Part shown: positions 38,434 to 51,532 of the stretch, piece after piece
Layout of the letters: every line of letters starts with the position of its first letter
Position numbering within the stretch: the first letter of the stretch is position 1
Assembly (NCBI GenBank): GCA_973895155.1
Contig: OZ316893.1
Location: 7,588,963-7,652,962 of the forward strand
Source of the DNA: Marsupella aquatica
Taxonomy: Eukaryota; Plantae; Marchantiophyta
Direction of reading: 5' to 3'
Length of the DNA stretch: 64,000 nucleotides
Made by a program: the position numbers and the translations under genes
Notes under the pieces: generated by a model
What the model was told of the DNA's origin: nothing
The model's input: only the letters and a program-made list of their open reading frames with translations
Database searches by the model: none

Positions 38434-38562
38434 CTGATGAAGTATATTTTTGTGATAGGACACTTGCAAACAAGCCCAACACTAGCTTGGGAGGGACTGA
38501 TGAAGTATATTTTTGTGATAGGACACTGGCAAACAAGCCCAGCACTGGCTTGGGAGGGACTG
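38434..38562. repeat. Tandem duplication, 2 x 63 bp
   Basis: CTGATGAAGTATATTTTTGTGATAGGACACT..CTTGGGAGGGA repeated head to tail. Confidence 0.9.
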
Positions 38563-39571
38563 GCGAGCCTACCTTGACTACAGTAGATACTTCTGTCACC
38601 TCGGAATTTGGCGAATCCCTTTGTTAACAGAGACCTACCTAATCCCAAGGCAGATTTGGCGAATTTTCGCCAATAAAAAAAACGCTGATCCGCATCCACA
38701 GACAAGGAGATGCTACAAAATACGAGTGCAATCAGATAATCATCGTTTGGGTCCCAACAACTTACTTACGTCCGGCCACAGTGCTGACATTAATGGAGGT
38801 CAGAGCTCAAAAAAGGCAGCTTTTTCTGCTTTCGTAAACTTCATTTGACGTCGGTCTGAAATACCACAACTCCGCCACATTTTCCTCGTGCTGATCCTGG
38901 GGACCATCCCGTTTTACTGTAGTCCCATACGCAGCCTGTCAGCTGGCTTCCTCCACTGCCGAAAGATATCATTCCTACTGTACTGTATGCTCTCGAGCAC
39001 ATGGGATTCTCCCCAGCATTGGAAGTCCAGTCTTGTGAACGTCCATGGCCAAATTAATGGACCGCGAGGTTTGATCAATACGCTTGGATAGAACGATTGA
39101 CTTCTAGCACCATTCTCGTGTGTTGTGGCTAGTTTCTCGACTGAAATTATGTTTCTGAAGTTTTCTGTTTCGCCTTGAATGGATGTTTTTGTTGTGGCAG
39201 TAAAAACCCAAGGTGCTAAGATGCCAGCCCAGCACATAGTATGGGACATTACTTTTTCAAGTTGCAGCGAGGTTTTGAGTCAATGTGGTGTTCTTTATTG
39301 TGCTCAACATTTTTCATTGAGATCAAGATTGTCATTTTATTGTCATAGAGCTTCTTGTAAAAGACTTGACCACTCCCCCAAAACCGAGGAGATGCAGACG
39401 AGATGCCAAGAACCTAGAAAAATGAACATTCACAGAACACAGGTTATAGTTTAATTGAGGAAGATTGTTTCACATTGAAGATCTCGTCCGAAATCTGTAC
39501 TCAAGTACTCTGTTGTTTTTATGAATTGACCCTTCGACCAGTTGCCTTCTTCAACTCAGCTCTACTTGCAA

Positions 39572-39743
39572 ATTCGGTGATTACCCTGACTTCTCATCTG
39601 TTCCATCTGATGCACGTGGTTCCTCTTGCACTCCTATAAACTTAGGTCTTCTGACTGCAATTCGGTGATTACACTGACTTCTCATCTGGTCCATCTGATG
39701 CACGAGGTTCCTCTTGCACTCCTATAAACTTAAGTCTTCTGAC
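39572..39743. repeat. Tandem duplication, 2 x ~87 bp
   Basis: AATTCGGTGATTAC.CTGACTTCTCATCTG.TCCATCTGATGCACG.GGTTCCTCTTGCACTCCTATAAACTTA.GTCTTCTGAC occurs twice. Confidence 0.9.
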
Positions 39744-40927
39744 ATGATCTTGCATTTATGGTTTCTGCTTAAATCGGCAATCGTACCAAACCAATCTTTC
39801 GATCATGAGTTTTTGTCAGGAGGAACGGTCAAGACTCTTAGTACATTTAAACGAGCCAAGTTTCTACTTTGCTGAGAGATTCCTGTATTCCTTCTATGTT
39901 TTCTTCTCCCGGGGAGACAGTAACTGCTTTCAGACGAGTTTCATGATTTGGAATCCCGGATCTAGCCACACGTTGAAAGCCTTCTTAACCGTTTCACAGG
40001 GATCCGAGCTTTCAGTGCTGCTGGTCACTCGAGACGTCTCCATAAAACCAGTTGTCATGGAGCTGCATCAGTCCAATCATAATTTCCCATCATGATGCGG
40101 GTCTCGGACAGTGCGAAAAGCTTACAATTCTCAGACAAATTCCATTGGTTTATAGAACCGTCCGTTCAGTTGATGACCTTTCGTGTCCGTCTGTTATAAA
40201 CAATAATACAAGGCTGGGCTCGTATATGATGGCAATCACAAAAGTCGGTAAAGCTGATTTGACGATATTAGTCGTTTATAAATCAAGTTCAGGTAAAACC
40301 TTGGCTAGTCCAGTAAGGATGTTCTTTCCGTCTCAAATCTGCATAAACACATCCCAAGCTTAAATTTTTAGGTTATTCAGCAGTTCCAATAATGCACATA
40401 TATGACTGGAACAGGGACGTGCAATCACGGCCCACTGGATTTCAAGTGTTTGGTAATGATAATGGAGAATCGTTCTCTGGTCCGTGAGGGAAAGGTCCGT
40501 TTTACGTCTATACTTTCGTTCTTTCCTGTTTAATCTTCTTGAAATGTGGAACCTTAATGGAGCACAAGTGGCCATGGACTGGCGCACCCGGCAACGAAAG
40601 GCCCCGAAGCGATGACTGTGCAGAATGATGGCTAAAACAGACACCAAACTTTCAGCTTCTCACTGTTACTCTCCCAGGTTTGTAACGATCTTAGCCACGG
40701 GCACGACAAACGTATCTGTCATGGGCATCGACCTGACCAAACATGGATTATCATCTAATGTCAAGACACGGACAAACTCCTCAGATAGCCGATCAATGCT
40801 GACGAAACAATGGACAAAGGAAAAGAAAGAGGACCCCTCGTCTCCTCCATAGTTGCAACGACATACTCCAGAAGTACAGTAGATCCTAGGAACTCCGACC
40901 AACAGCCAATCTATCTAAGTTGAGACA

Positions 40928-41100
40928 GCGGCCATCTCGAGCAACGACAACAACATCAGCAGCAGCAGCCGAGGACGATCGTAAATGAAACAGTGGCCAT
41001 CTCCAGCAACGACAACAACATCAGCAGCAGCCGAGGACGATCACAAATGCAATAGTGGCCATCTCCAGCAACGACAACAACATCAGCAGCAGCAGCGGCT
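40928..41100. repeat. Tandem repeat, 3 x ~62 bp with CAA/CAG tracts
   Basis: GTGGCCATCTCCAGCAACGACAACAACATCAGCAGCAGC occurs three times. Confidence 0.88.
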
Positions 41101-43259
41101 GCAAGGAATGAAAGTAGTGGAGTAGCGGCCCCTGGAACAGTCGAACAGAGCTCTGCTCTTGTTGGCCGAATGCAAGGTCTCGTCGTTCGGCTGACTGTCT
41201 TGCTACTGCCCTAAACCCTGAACCCTAGCCCTAGCCCTAGCGCGGCGCATTCTGCCGATTTCCTCTCATGGGGGGTGTTTAGGCCTTTATTAGGTTTCAC
41301 TTATTATAAGGGGCTATCGGGGCTTTATATGCTTTATTGGGTTGTACTTCTCTCAAGGGGCTATGGGGGACTTTACGAGGACTACAGTAGGAATGAGTTT
41401 TTATTTTTCTGTGTGTATGAGATGTAATCTTAACCATCCAAATGTGGGGTTAGCCAAACTGCACTATACATGAACTTACAAGCAAAATCTGGCAAAATCT
41501 GGCAAAATCTTTGTGTGTAGGAATAGGTCTTGTGGGGGAGGGGGGTGACTAGGTTCATAAACCCATGCAAATTTTTTCTTTGCATGTCTATACATGATTA
41601 CGAGACATTACCCTCGGATGAGGCAATGGAACCTCCTTGCCAGCATGGCCTGGGGATTCTCAAATTTGAATGGGAAATACTACAAGGTGCAAATGACAGA
41701 TGAAACTTTTGCAATGTAAAAATGTGTGATAGAAATGCACTAGGGCTTTACACACTGAGGAACTCATCCTTGGGCATAATGGGCTGTAACTCCCTCGGGT
41801 TGGGGATTATATCCCATCACCCCCTCTTGGAAATGGGTCACCCTATACTAATCATGTGTCTAGAATGTGAGAGCAAGTTGACTGATCTAAAATGGGCAGC
41901 TTTCAAACATTCAGGAGACAAGGTTATAAACATTTAGCTTGGGAAAAGTTATCCAGCTATAAATTTCCAGGCACAAGATTAATGAGAGTAGTGGCATGGA
42001 GTAGAAATGGTTACCCACTGTTAACCTTTGTTCTGTACAAAGTTACAATCCTATTCACCTGCAGTTAAGTGGGCCCCACTTTTGCTGATGTGGCCTTGCT
42101 TTAGTGCACCATGGAACCCCACAGATATTCAGAAAACCAGATGTAGCACGCTTTGGTGGGCGGCTTCCAGATGTATTTTGGCGCTTCAGCTGTGCTCCAG
42201 GTCCTCCCACTGGCCAGAAGTGTCTGAGGCAGGGGCTGGACAGGCAGGGCCCATTACACGGAGCTTAAAGTTTGACATCCAGATTTCAGCATTTAAGTGT
42301 CCTCTACCCTAAGTGCAGCACTCCTCTCCAACAGTCAAGAGGGTTGGGTCTTGTTGTTTGCTCCCACCCCAAGCCGCTTGACCCTCTCCTGGTTTGCTGC
42401 CTAAACCCACTCCCCCATCCCCCTTGGCGCCGAGGGTGGAAAGGGTGTTGAGATTGAGTTGAGGCAGTTATGATAGTCTGATGATGACTGGCCGGATGTT
42501 AACCATTGGATCATTCTAAGCTAACCATAGTTAGTACCAAATGAGAGACTAAGATCCCAAAACTCATCAACTTTTCACAATCCTAAACTATAATACACTG
42601 TTGCGCCTTTTTTTTTTCCCGTGGTCGTCATTCAAAAATGCAGGGCCAAGAAAAAAGGTAATCAATAGACACAAGGGATAAAACCAAAAAAGAATTAAAT
42701 ATAGAGTGGACCAAAAGTATAGTAATTTTTTCGCACAAAAGGGAATCAAATGGTGGACACAAAAGACAAAAATGAAACTAACTCAATTGTATGCACGAGT
42801 ATCAAGGAGAAACTTGACTGTACCATCATAGATACACAAGGAAACAATCTTGAGTGCACTATAAGTCACTATAATACCATTTACTCTAGAAATGGTACAT
42901 TTACAAACTCAAGAAAAAATGGGAACAAATCTTAGCCCTTAGTTGAAAATTTGTTTTTTTGCAACCTCCCGATCCATCCATACCCCTATTAATCTCAATT
43001 ACCTCTGCCCAAGCTACCCAAGCTACCCCTAGCCTACCCCCAAACTTGACAAAGATAATAAATTTATTGAATATTAATTAACAACTAATTATTAAAATTG
43101 AGTTTTAAAGAATTGGATATTAGCCTTAAAATTTTGGTGAAACTTGAGTATAAATAAAATGTATAAAATATTAATTTCTTAAAAAAATAATTTAAACAAT
43201 TTTTTTGTAACATTCGGTTGTGCTTGGACTCTAGTATGCTATAGTGACCATTATCTTGC

Positions 43260-43362
43260 GTCTCCAATTTGTATGTGCAAATGCATGAGTTGTTGAACAC
43301 CACCACAACAAGTCTCTAATTTGTATGTGCAAATGCATGAGTTGTTGAACACCACCACAACA
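43260..43362. repeat. Tandem duplication, 2 x ~52 bp
   Basis: GTCTC.AATTTGTATGTGCAAATGCATGAGTTGTTGAACACCACCACAACAA occurs twice. Confidence 0.9.
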
Positions 43363-43369
43363 ACTCTAC

Positions 43370-44270
43370 CTTGCCTTGACATCTCTCATCTCGCCTCACA
43401 TTTACATCTTTATCTCACCAAGACAAATTTTTTCTCACCCTCAACATCTTTTAGGTCCTTGATTTTCTTTCTTTCCTCCATATATTTTCTCATCTGACTC
43501 GACATCTTTTAGGTCCTTGATTTTTGTTTCTCTCTTCCATATATTTTATCATTTGACTCGACATCTTTTCCTCACCTCCACATCTTTTCTCACATCGACA
43601 TCTTATCTTTTTCTCACCTTACCATCTCGCTTACCATCTTTCTCTCACCACAACATCTTCCCCCCCCCCGTCTTTCCCTCACCCTCAACATCTTTTCTCT
43701 TCTCAACATTTTTTCCTCATCTTTACATGTTTTTCTCACCTCGCCATGTTTTCTCTCCTTGACATCTTTTTTCACCTTGACTTCTTTGCCTCACCTCAAC
43801 ATCTCTTTTTCTCATTGAGTTGACATTTGTTTTCACCTCGACATCTGACCTTTTCCTCACTTTCACATTTTTATCTCACCACAACATCTTTCCCTCATCT
43901 CCACATATTTTTCTCACATTGCCATCTTTTCTCTCCTTGACATATTTTTTGCCCCACTTCTTTTTCTCAGCTCGACATCTCTTTTTCTCATCAACATCTT
44001 TGTTCACCTCGACATCTTCTCCTTGCCTCGACATCTTTTTCTCACCTCGACATCTTTCCTCTCCCTTGACATCTTTTTCTCACTTCAACTACTTTTTCTC
44101 ACCACACCATCTTTTGTGCAACTTTTGTCTTAACGATATTGTTTTTACTTAACGACAGCTTTTCTCTTAACAACTTCTTGGGTGTCACAACGTCTTTTTT
44201 ATTAACGACATCTTGGGTGACACAACATCTTTTATTTTCTTAACGACATCTTGGGTGACACGACATCTTT
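43370..44270. repeat. Degenerate pyrimidine-rich minisatellite (~20-bp unit CTCACCTCGACATCTTTTT)
   Basis: Dozens of variants of TCACCTYRACATCTTTTT, grading into ACGACATCTTGGGTGACAC units at the 3' end. Confidence 0.85.
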
Positions 44271-44799
44271 TGTGCAACACACAGGTATTGAGCTAGTAAG
44301 ATACAATAAAATGTCCTCACTGCCAGCATTGAGCAGTGATTCAAAGTTGCATGAAAACTTGTTGGGTTCATTGTTTAGCCCTCCAAAACTTTTGATCCTT
44401 CCATTGAGTGATAGTGGGACAATGAGAGTTTTAGTGGCATGCTAAGTGTACTTGAAAGGCGACTAAGAGTTGCATAAAATGTTTTTCAGCACTATTCAGT
44501 GCTAGGAAACGTTTGATCCCTCTTTTGAGTGACAGTGGGAGGAGCGAGAAACCGAGCAATTTATATCCCCATTTCAATCACTTTAAATTTACACTTCTTT
44601 AAGATTCGAGTTAGTTTTTTTGTGTCACTGTTCACCAAAGCTGCATGAATTCTGCTTCACTTGATTGAAAGGTTGTTTATCTTAGAAATTCCTACACTCA
44701 ATCTGTGGTAGAAATTTGTTATTAGTCGGCCCATATTGATATATGTGTGCCTGAAGCAAGGCATAAATACATATATTTTCAAGTTTGTCCTAACACCAT

Positions 44800-47700
44800 G
44801 AATTCCATTGTAATCTGCTGTACATCGTTTCGCCTAAATGTGGAGATCATGTTGATGTCGGGAGGAGTGCCTGCGCAACAGGTTCACCAGTTAATAGATA
44901 CAGAAGATTGGAGATTGCTGCAATCAAGAAAGTTGAGCATGATGTCATGAACTAAAACCCAAGACCGACGTCACATTTGATGTCCAGGAAAAAGCGGAAT
45001 CAACACTACTGCTTGATCCAACAGTTCAAACACATGCTGGAAATAATAAAGTTGAAGCAATGATGCCAGTAAACAAAACCAAAGAACAGCGACAGATTTT
45101 ATGGCAAAGACAAGCGGAATCAGCATAGTTGTCAGCATTGTTTCCTTGATTCAATAATTCAAACACATATGCTTACCGATTACACAGCCTGACTTAGAAG
45201 CTCCAATGTTTGTCCTTACTAAACCAGGATGAAGACTGTTTACTGTAACATTATCAACACCTTAATTTTGCTCCCAATAATGAGCACCGCCTTAGTAAAG
45301 TTTGAATGGAACAATGAAATGGCCTCAGTTGACTAGAGCGCTCACTCACATGAAATTTAGCGAGTTTTGTGAATTTTGGTTCAACCGAGGTTTGTATGAA
45401 ACAGGTTTTGAACCCACGGAACTAGTCAAATGGAGAGATTATGGATCCATACAATGCTAATAATGCTTTAAAGAGTTTGAAATAGCCATTACCTGGAGAC
45501 GCTTTGCAAGCTCCTTTGTGTGTAGAATCTGTGCTAGCTTTGATCCACAAAAGTTTTTCGAAACGCTCAATGAAGTTCTGCACGACAGAAATTTTCCTCA
45601 ATGCTTCTTCCAACAGGATTTTTCCTGCACTGCAATGTTTTGCTAATCTCAGAATCTGGCACGGTGATAAAAACTCAACGATGGCTCCTGGAAGAAGTTA
45701 TAACTTGATGTATACTCCGTCCTGCTGCCTTCAAGCTGGTGCTTCGCTGAATGATTTCGAACACTCTGAACTTAGATCTAGTAAAATTCTTATAACATGC
45801 AATTTCATGCTCTTTCAGGACGAGATGGAGCCAACAGCACCTCAGTCAATCAGCATTTAAAATCAAAATCTAGAAAGCACCGTTATTACTATGGAAACTA
45901 TGACCCCACCAAACTCATTTTCAGCGCTGTGACGCAGAAAGTATGTTTCGATATACAATAGTTGAAAACAAATTTTGAAAACGGTATGCATAGTGAAGAA
46001 TTCGCCCTTGCACTTCCTTAACTTCGGTTTTAGTGAGTCGATGACTTTCATCGAATTTAATGCCCTCGTCGTAAGAAACTGCGTGATACGACACATTGAC
46101 AATACTCCCCTCAACACCAAATTCTGTGGCTCTCTTTCAATTTATCCAGCAGCAGATGCGTCAGAAGGAAATGGCCTACACTTGGCACAAGTGCAAGACA
46201 AAGTGTCTGATTGTCCATGCAGAGGGGCCACCATCTCATATCACCATGTTGCCTTTCCAGCTTTCGTGACCTCTCAAACAGTCCAGATGATTAAAACGGT
46301 AAGCTCCGAAGTACCTCTGGAAACAGATTCACTCACAGGGTACTAGCTGCGTTGCAAAAGTCGAGGAGGAGCCCCCTCAATCTTCAGTTTCTCCTCCAGC
46401 TCAGAGCATGAACTACACAAGCTGAAATACCTCGAGTAATCATTACTTTCACGAAGCGTCGCGAGTCACCACTCAATCTACAACGGAGACGATCATGTTC
46501 TGTCTCCAGGAAACATATAACAGTCAAAATTCCACCTTGTAGTTTAAATCACAAACTGGGCTCTTTGTGTACGTATGACCAGATTCAACATTCTTGATCA
46601 GGCCTAAGTCATCTGCTTCCTTCGCCTGCTAATTAGAATCTCTTCAATAATCTGCTATGATCATTGTGGATTTCGTTCCAACTGTCTCAGGCCAGTGGAC
46701 GTTGGTTAACTTGATGCGGAATAATACTCTTCCGTCCCATTTCCATCCCGCAACCCGGGGTTCGCATGCGTTAGCTGGTTGCGATATGTGGCACTCAGAT
46801 ACAGTAATCTGGCCAAATTGTAACCAGCTCTCGATGCAACAAGGCTCAGAAATAGGATAATCGGCGGTGATATATATTTACACTCACCGTTCGAGGCACA
46901 AAGAAATAAAATAAGATTGTCTATTCCCAATCAATGTGCTGTAACCCTTCTTCCCCAGCAAAGTAGATTACAATACATCTCAAAGTGGAGTTTCCAACAA
47001 AGTCCTTGTTCAGCCATAACTTCGTATTTACTTCGTTTTTCTTGACTGGGCCACTACGGAAGTGTTTCATCCGTTTGTTCCGCCTATTCCCCCAACAGAG
47101 TATATTTTCATCATTTGCAATACAACATCGACAAACTTTGAAAGACACAAAAGTGGTCACGGAAAGTATCTGCCTCTGAGAGAGAAACACTTGGCACTAA
47201 ATCGAGGCAGAGGAAGACGACCATCTGTAGCTCGTCATGCCGTGCCCACTTCACCAAAAGCACGCAGAGGAAATTTCATGTAATAATCATTCACTCAATT
47301 GTCTTGCACGTCTGCAGTCAGGTTCCTCGTTAGTTGTAAATGGAGCACCTGTATCACGTATCGTGAGTTTACTCGCTTCAATGCGTTCCGTCAGTTTCTC
47401 GGCCGTCTTGTTCTTCCGCATCTGCTCCACTAATTAACCTCCTAACTGTGACTGTAGAGTACACATTGTGAATTAAGCTAGTCGGCACCTCTGTTCTGCT
47501 CCTCCCACTTCACGAAAGCTTCACTCTGAAGCTGCTAGAGCCGATTTTACAGTGAGGACATCTGAAATCCACTGACAATTTCAGCTGATGAGACTCGTTA
47601 TGGATGAACTGTCGACCCCAAGACACGAAGGAGCGGGAGGGTAAAGGAAAAGAACCAGCGAAATCAATGTCTCGCAACAGCCAACAGCACACCTGCTGGA

Positions 47701-48800
47701 TCTGCTGTCCTGATCTGGGAAACTGTCAGCTAAGTCCAGCTGGGTAATCCTGTCCTGGAAGGCAACGATTGTACTAGGTCCCATCAAGCAAATACCTCGT
47801 AGCGATTGTACTCAACTATGTTGTCGTTCCATTTGAAACCCATGGAGCTCTGTAAGGTCTCATCCAGAGCAGGACTGTGATTAGCATATAGGGCCCCATA
47901 CCTTTGAAGTTGAACTCTAAACAGGATGGGATATTAACCATACTGAATGGGTAGCCGTGAAGAAGTTCACCTTTTCTCGAGGCCCCTCCTAGACTGCCAT
48001 TTCATGGTGCTCTGTTCTCCGTATTTCTGTTGAGAATGAACTTACCTTTGAGCTGAATCTGGCAAACGAGAACATAATTGAGCAAAGTTTGAATTGTACG
48101 TAGTATGTGCGGAGTCCTTACTTCATCGAATTTGATTTTAAACGCCACGGGCCACCACAAGAGGTATATGTGGGGCAGAAAATACAAGTAGTACAGATCG
48201 AGAGAGGACGAATACATTGTCCAACCATTTCTGTCCAAATTTGCATTTCTGATATCAACTATACTGTAATGGATCGGTTCCACGTCTTTTCTCTGGCAAA
48301 GCTTTCGTACCCTCTTGTACTTTCTGTCCATTGCCCCTGTTTCGGGGATTTCATAATTCTTGCATTCATTATTTTTTAAATTGCTGATGTTTCCTGGTCA
48401 AAGTTGACAAAATGATCACAGAAGTACGTCATCAGGGTTTTTCTTTACACATTCCCAGATTTGGCTGGAGTAGTTTCTGAACAACATCTTCGTGTCGTCG
48501 ATAGAAAAGAGATGAATATGATATTTACAAATTATCCTATTCTGTCCAACCCTAGTTTAACAAACTTGACTGTCTTCACAACCTCTGAGGCCTGTGATCT
48601 GCAAAGCATTTCCAATTTTCGCTGTTGTGCAAAATTTCTGGTAATATGGACCACCTGTCGGCTTTACTCACAATCTCTGATGCCTATGATCTGCAAAACA
48701 TTCTCAACTGTCGCTGTTGTGCAAAGTTTCAGGGTCCTAGCTAGGGACCACCTGTCGGTTTTGTGTCAAAGGCATAGAAGGCGTCATTGAATGAGCGATG
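44800..48800 (-). pseudogene. Possible highly decayed LRR-ROC-COR (TORNADO1-like) gene relic
   Basis: Many short minus-strand ORFs with faint resemblance, in the right order, to an LRR (ITQLDLADS), the ROC P-loop region (QVFLSQ..SVTTF) and switch II (IYFAGEEG vs xDFAGQEE). Weak evidence. Confidence 0.25.
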
Positions 48801-49677
48801 ATGACCGTGGTCCAGGTCAACCTCATTAGCAAAACGCACCTCAGTTGCTACTGACTTACTCGCGTTTCTGTACAGTTTGCAGTAGGAAGTGCTGTGAAAA
48901 GACCAAGAAATGTTCATGAAGCTGCTTTAAAACTTTGATTCCGTTAAAGTAATTGTTCTGCTCCTTATTTACCAACGAACTGTGCCCGATTGAACTGCTA
49001 CAGAAGCCGCCGGAAGTTTTATTCGAGACGAAAAGAGCAATCTGAACTGTATAAATTATTGAAGGGACATCCTCGGATCCACTTGTGGATCGACCTATTG
49101 ATACATTCTATGGCTTCTACAGCTCTACTATATATAGCTACTGATGATTGGGTTCTCATGAAATGCTCTTGCGTTCCGGTAGTAATGAAAGCTTATGCAA
49201 ATGACCTGACTAAATCAAAATCCGGTAGGACGATGTGTTCTCCTCTTTACTGGGTCTCCTGCTTTTGTGATCCTGTCTCCCCGTTTGGCTCTTCTTGTTC
49301 TTGGCAGTGTGATAGGGTGATGCATTAATCACATAATCTCGACCATAAATAGGTTGCTCCTGATCGATCCATTGACATGGCTGTCTCGGTACTGTAGTTC
49401 GCTGGCTATGATTTGAATCAAATGTCCTGGTAGCTTATCCGGAATTCCACTACTTACATTAAAAGGCTGGTCACTGCCAGTGACGGTCCTACAAGCTAGA
49501 CATCAATGTGTTTATGGCTTCAGCAGCCTACTGAAATGATGGACCGGTGTAAAGTTGAGACACCAGATAGTCCTTGATTAATTGGCTCCGGTCAGCTCGA
49601 TAAGTATCATTTCAGCCTGAAAAATGCCATGATCGCCAGTAAGGGACAGATGCGTGCATAGGTGATCAATGGATCGA

Positions 49678-51532
49678 TCAGACCGCGTGCGCTGGTTCCG
49701 GTGGTGGACGGCCACCAGGAGTCTCTGGACTAGCAGAGAAGAGCCTGCCGGTTGAGGGAACCTCATAAACGGTGTTATTCTCTAGCTCGGGGTCGTCCTC
49801 CAGTGGCGACGAGCCAGCCTCGAGGCCACCACGACCACTGCGAGTGGGCCTTGTCGACCACAGCCTGATTTGCGAAATCACATCCTTCTTCTCGGCGTAT
49901 ACTTGTTCGTGGTCGGACGGCACGGTGGCGAAGAGGAACGCCACCGCAAAGGAGGCGACGAAGGGGGCGAAGAAAGGCGGCCACAGACGATCCCACAGTG
50001 GCTTGCCGTAGGCGACCGCCGGGCCCAGGCACCTCGCTGGATTGAACACGGAGCCGCTGTAGCCTTCCCTGACGGACGACCCGAGATAGATATTGAGTCC
50101 GATGTTCAATGAGATGAGGAGCACGGCGATCTTCAGGCCCAGCGCCTTACGCTTGAGCGGGTTGGCCATCACCGCCGTGATGTACAGAAACGTGAAGGAG
50201 AAGATGAACTCGCAGAGAAAGTATTTGTGGTCCGAGAACCCGACGTGAGTCGTCGCTCCGTTCGGGAGGCGGACAGTTCTTCTGCCGAAGCATCCTCCAA
50301 GCATGAAGAGGTCGATTCGGTCCTGGGCAAGCAGTTCCTTTACGGCAAAGGATGCGAGAATTGCGCCCACGCACTGGAAGATGATGAAGAGCAGCCCGCC
50401 GACGAGCCCCATTGTGCCGTTTAGCATTGTCAGCGTTGTGATGGCCGGATTGAGGTGCGGGAGTGTGATGTTCTTGCCTTCCTTGCCCGACAGCGTCACC
50501 GCCGCGAGGATGTAGATGAAGAACAGCACGACGTGGACGAACGCGACCACGAGGATGGTCCGGCCAGGTAGACTGTTCCCCCAGTTCACGCTCTCGCTGA
50601 CCGTCAGGATGCTTGCAAGTACCCACATCCCGGTGAAGACTGCTTCCAGAACTGCCGCTCGCCAAAGCTGCATCAATTCATGTAATTGGAGAGATTTCTC
50701 ACGTTAAAAACTCGAAACTAAGTCTCGTGAAATCCCGATCTCTTAGCTAACCAGTGGGGACGAGTTCGCAATTTTTTATTATCCGTGAGATTCTGATTTG
50801 GTCAAGTTTCGACTCAGAGCTTATCAGAAGCTAAGGATACTTGCCACTGGTGCTACTTCATGAAATCAATGTGAGGCTTACTATAAAGTGTTTTGTTCAG
50901 GGCGACTGCACCGACAATTGGTCAGTCCTTGAAGAACATTTTTCAGCCGACCAAAGTAGAGTAAGTAATGTGCTTTCCAACTGAGATGAGACTAGAAGTT
51001 AACCGATTTTCCACTTTGTGAGCTGGGAGTGAGGATTAGTCCACTGCGATTAATCATCTGTGAAAACTTTTGCAGCATGCATTTCATCAGACCCAGTCTT
51101 GAGCAGAAGTCCACGCAGATGGATCATTATTTCCTAGCTTCGCACATGAATTCACATGAAATGAGTTCACCAAGAAGGGTGTCAAATCCCCTTATCCTCT
51201 GGACTTGACTGTGAGCTCTACACAATGAAACTACCATCAGTTAATTTATTGCCAGAGTGCGCCCTCAATTCAGTGGTCTGATCAGTAAGCGTTCCATATG
51301 GTGCAAATCAAGCACAATTTAGTACCTTCATTTTCTTGATTTGTGAGAGTTGCGAATAGAGGAAGGGCCCGGGTCTCCACGGGTCTCTGAACAACCGTGT
51401 AGCGGTGGACCCAAACCGAGGTTGTGCGCTTCTCGTAACCACAACCCTTGGTGTGCTTCCATTCGGCTCCCGCCCATTCACCTCCTTGGCAGGTGCTGAG
51501 GACCTATATATATATGTAGACATCCGAGACAT
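49678..51532 (-). CDS. XIP: Aquaporin, X intrinsic protein (XIP) subfamily (~398 aa, 2 exons)
   Basis: Exon 2 at 50667-49678 has six hydrophobic helices, HLNPA and FNPARCLGPA, and loop C LGGC; NPARC plus LGGC is the XIP signature. Exon 1 at 51532-51326 is tentative (AAG|GTACTA donor, phase 0, giving ..QIKKMK|LWRAAVLE). Confidence 0.9.

Larger units (their letters stand above)
38631..41530. mobile_element. Possible degenerate TIR DNA transposon
   Basis: Left end AGACCTACCTA..AGATTTGGCGAATTTTCGCC resembles the reverse complement of the right end (AGACCTATTCCTA..AGATTTTGCCAGATTTTGCC). The interior has decayed coding-like sequence and repeats. No TSD or transposase motif recognised. Confidence 0.3.

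Noticed and set aside
41209-41240. Interstitial telomere
   Set aside because: Only one perfect CCCTAAA unit plus variants, which is better read as a telo-box or simple repeat.
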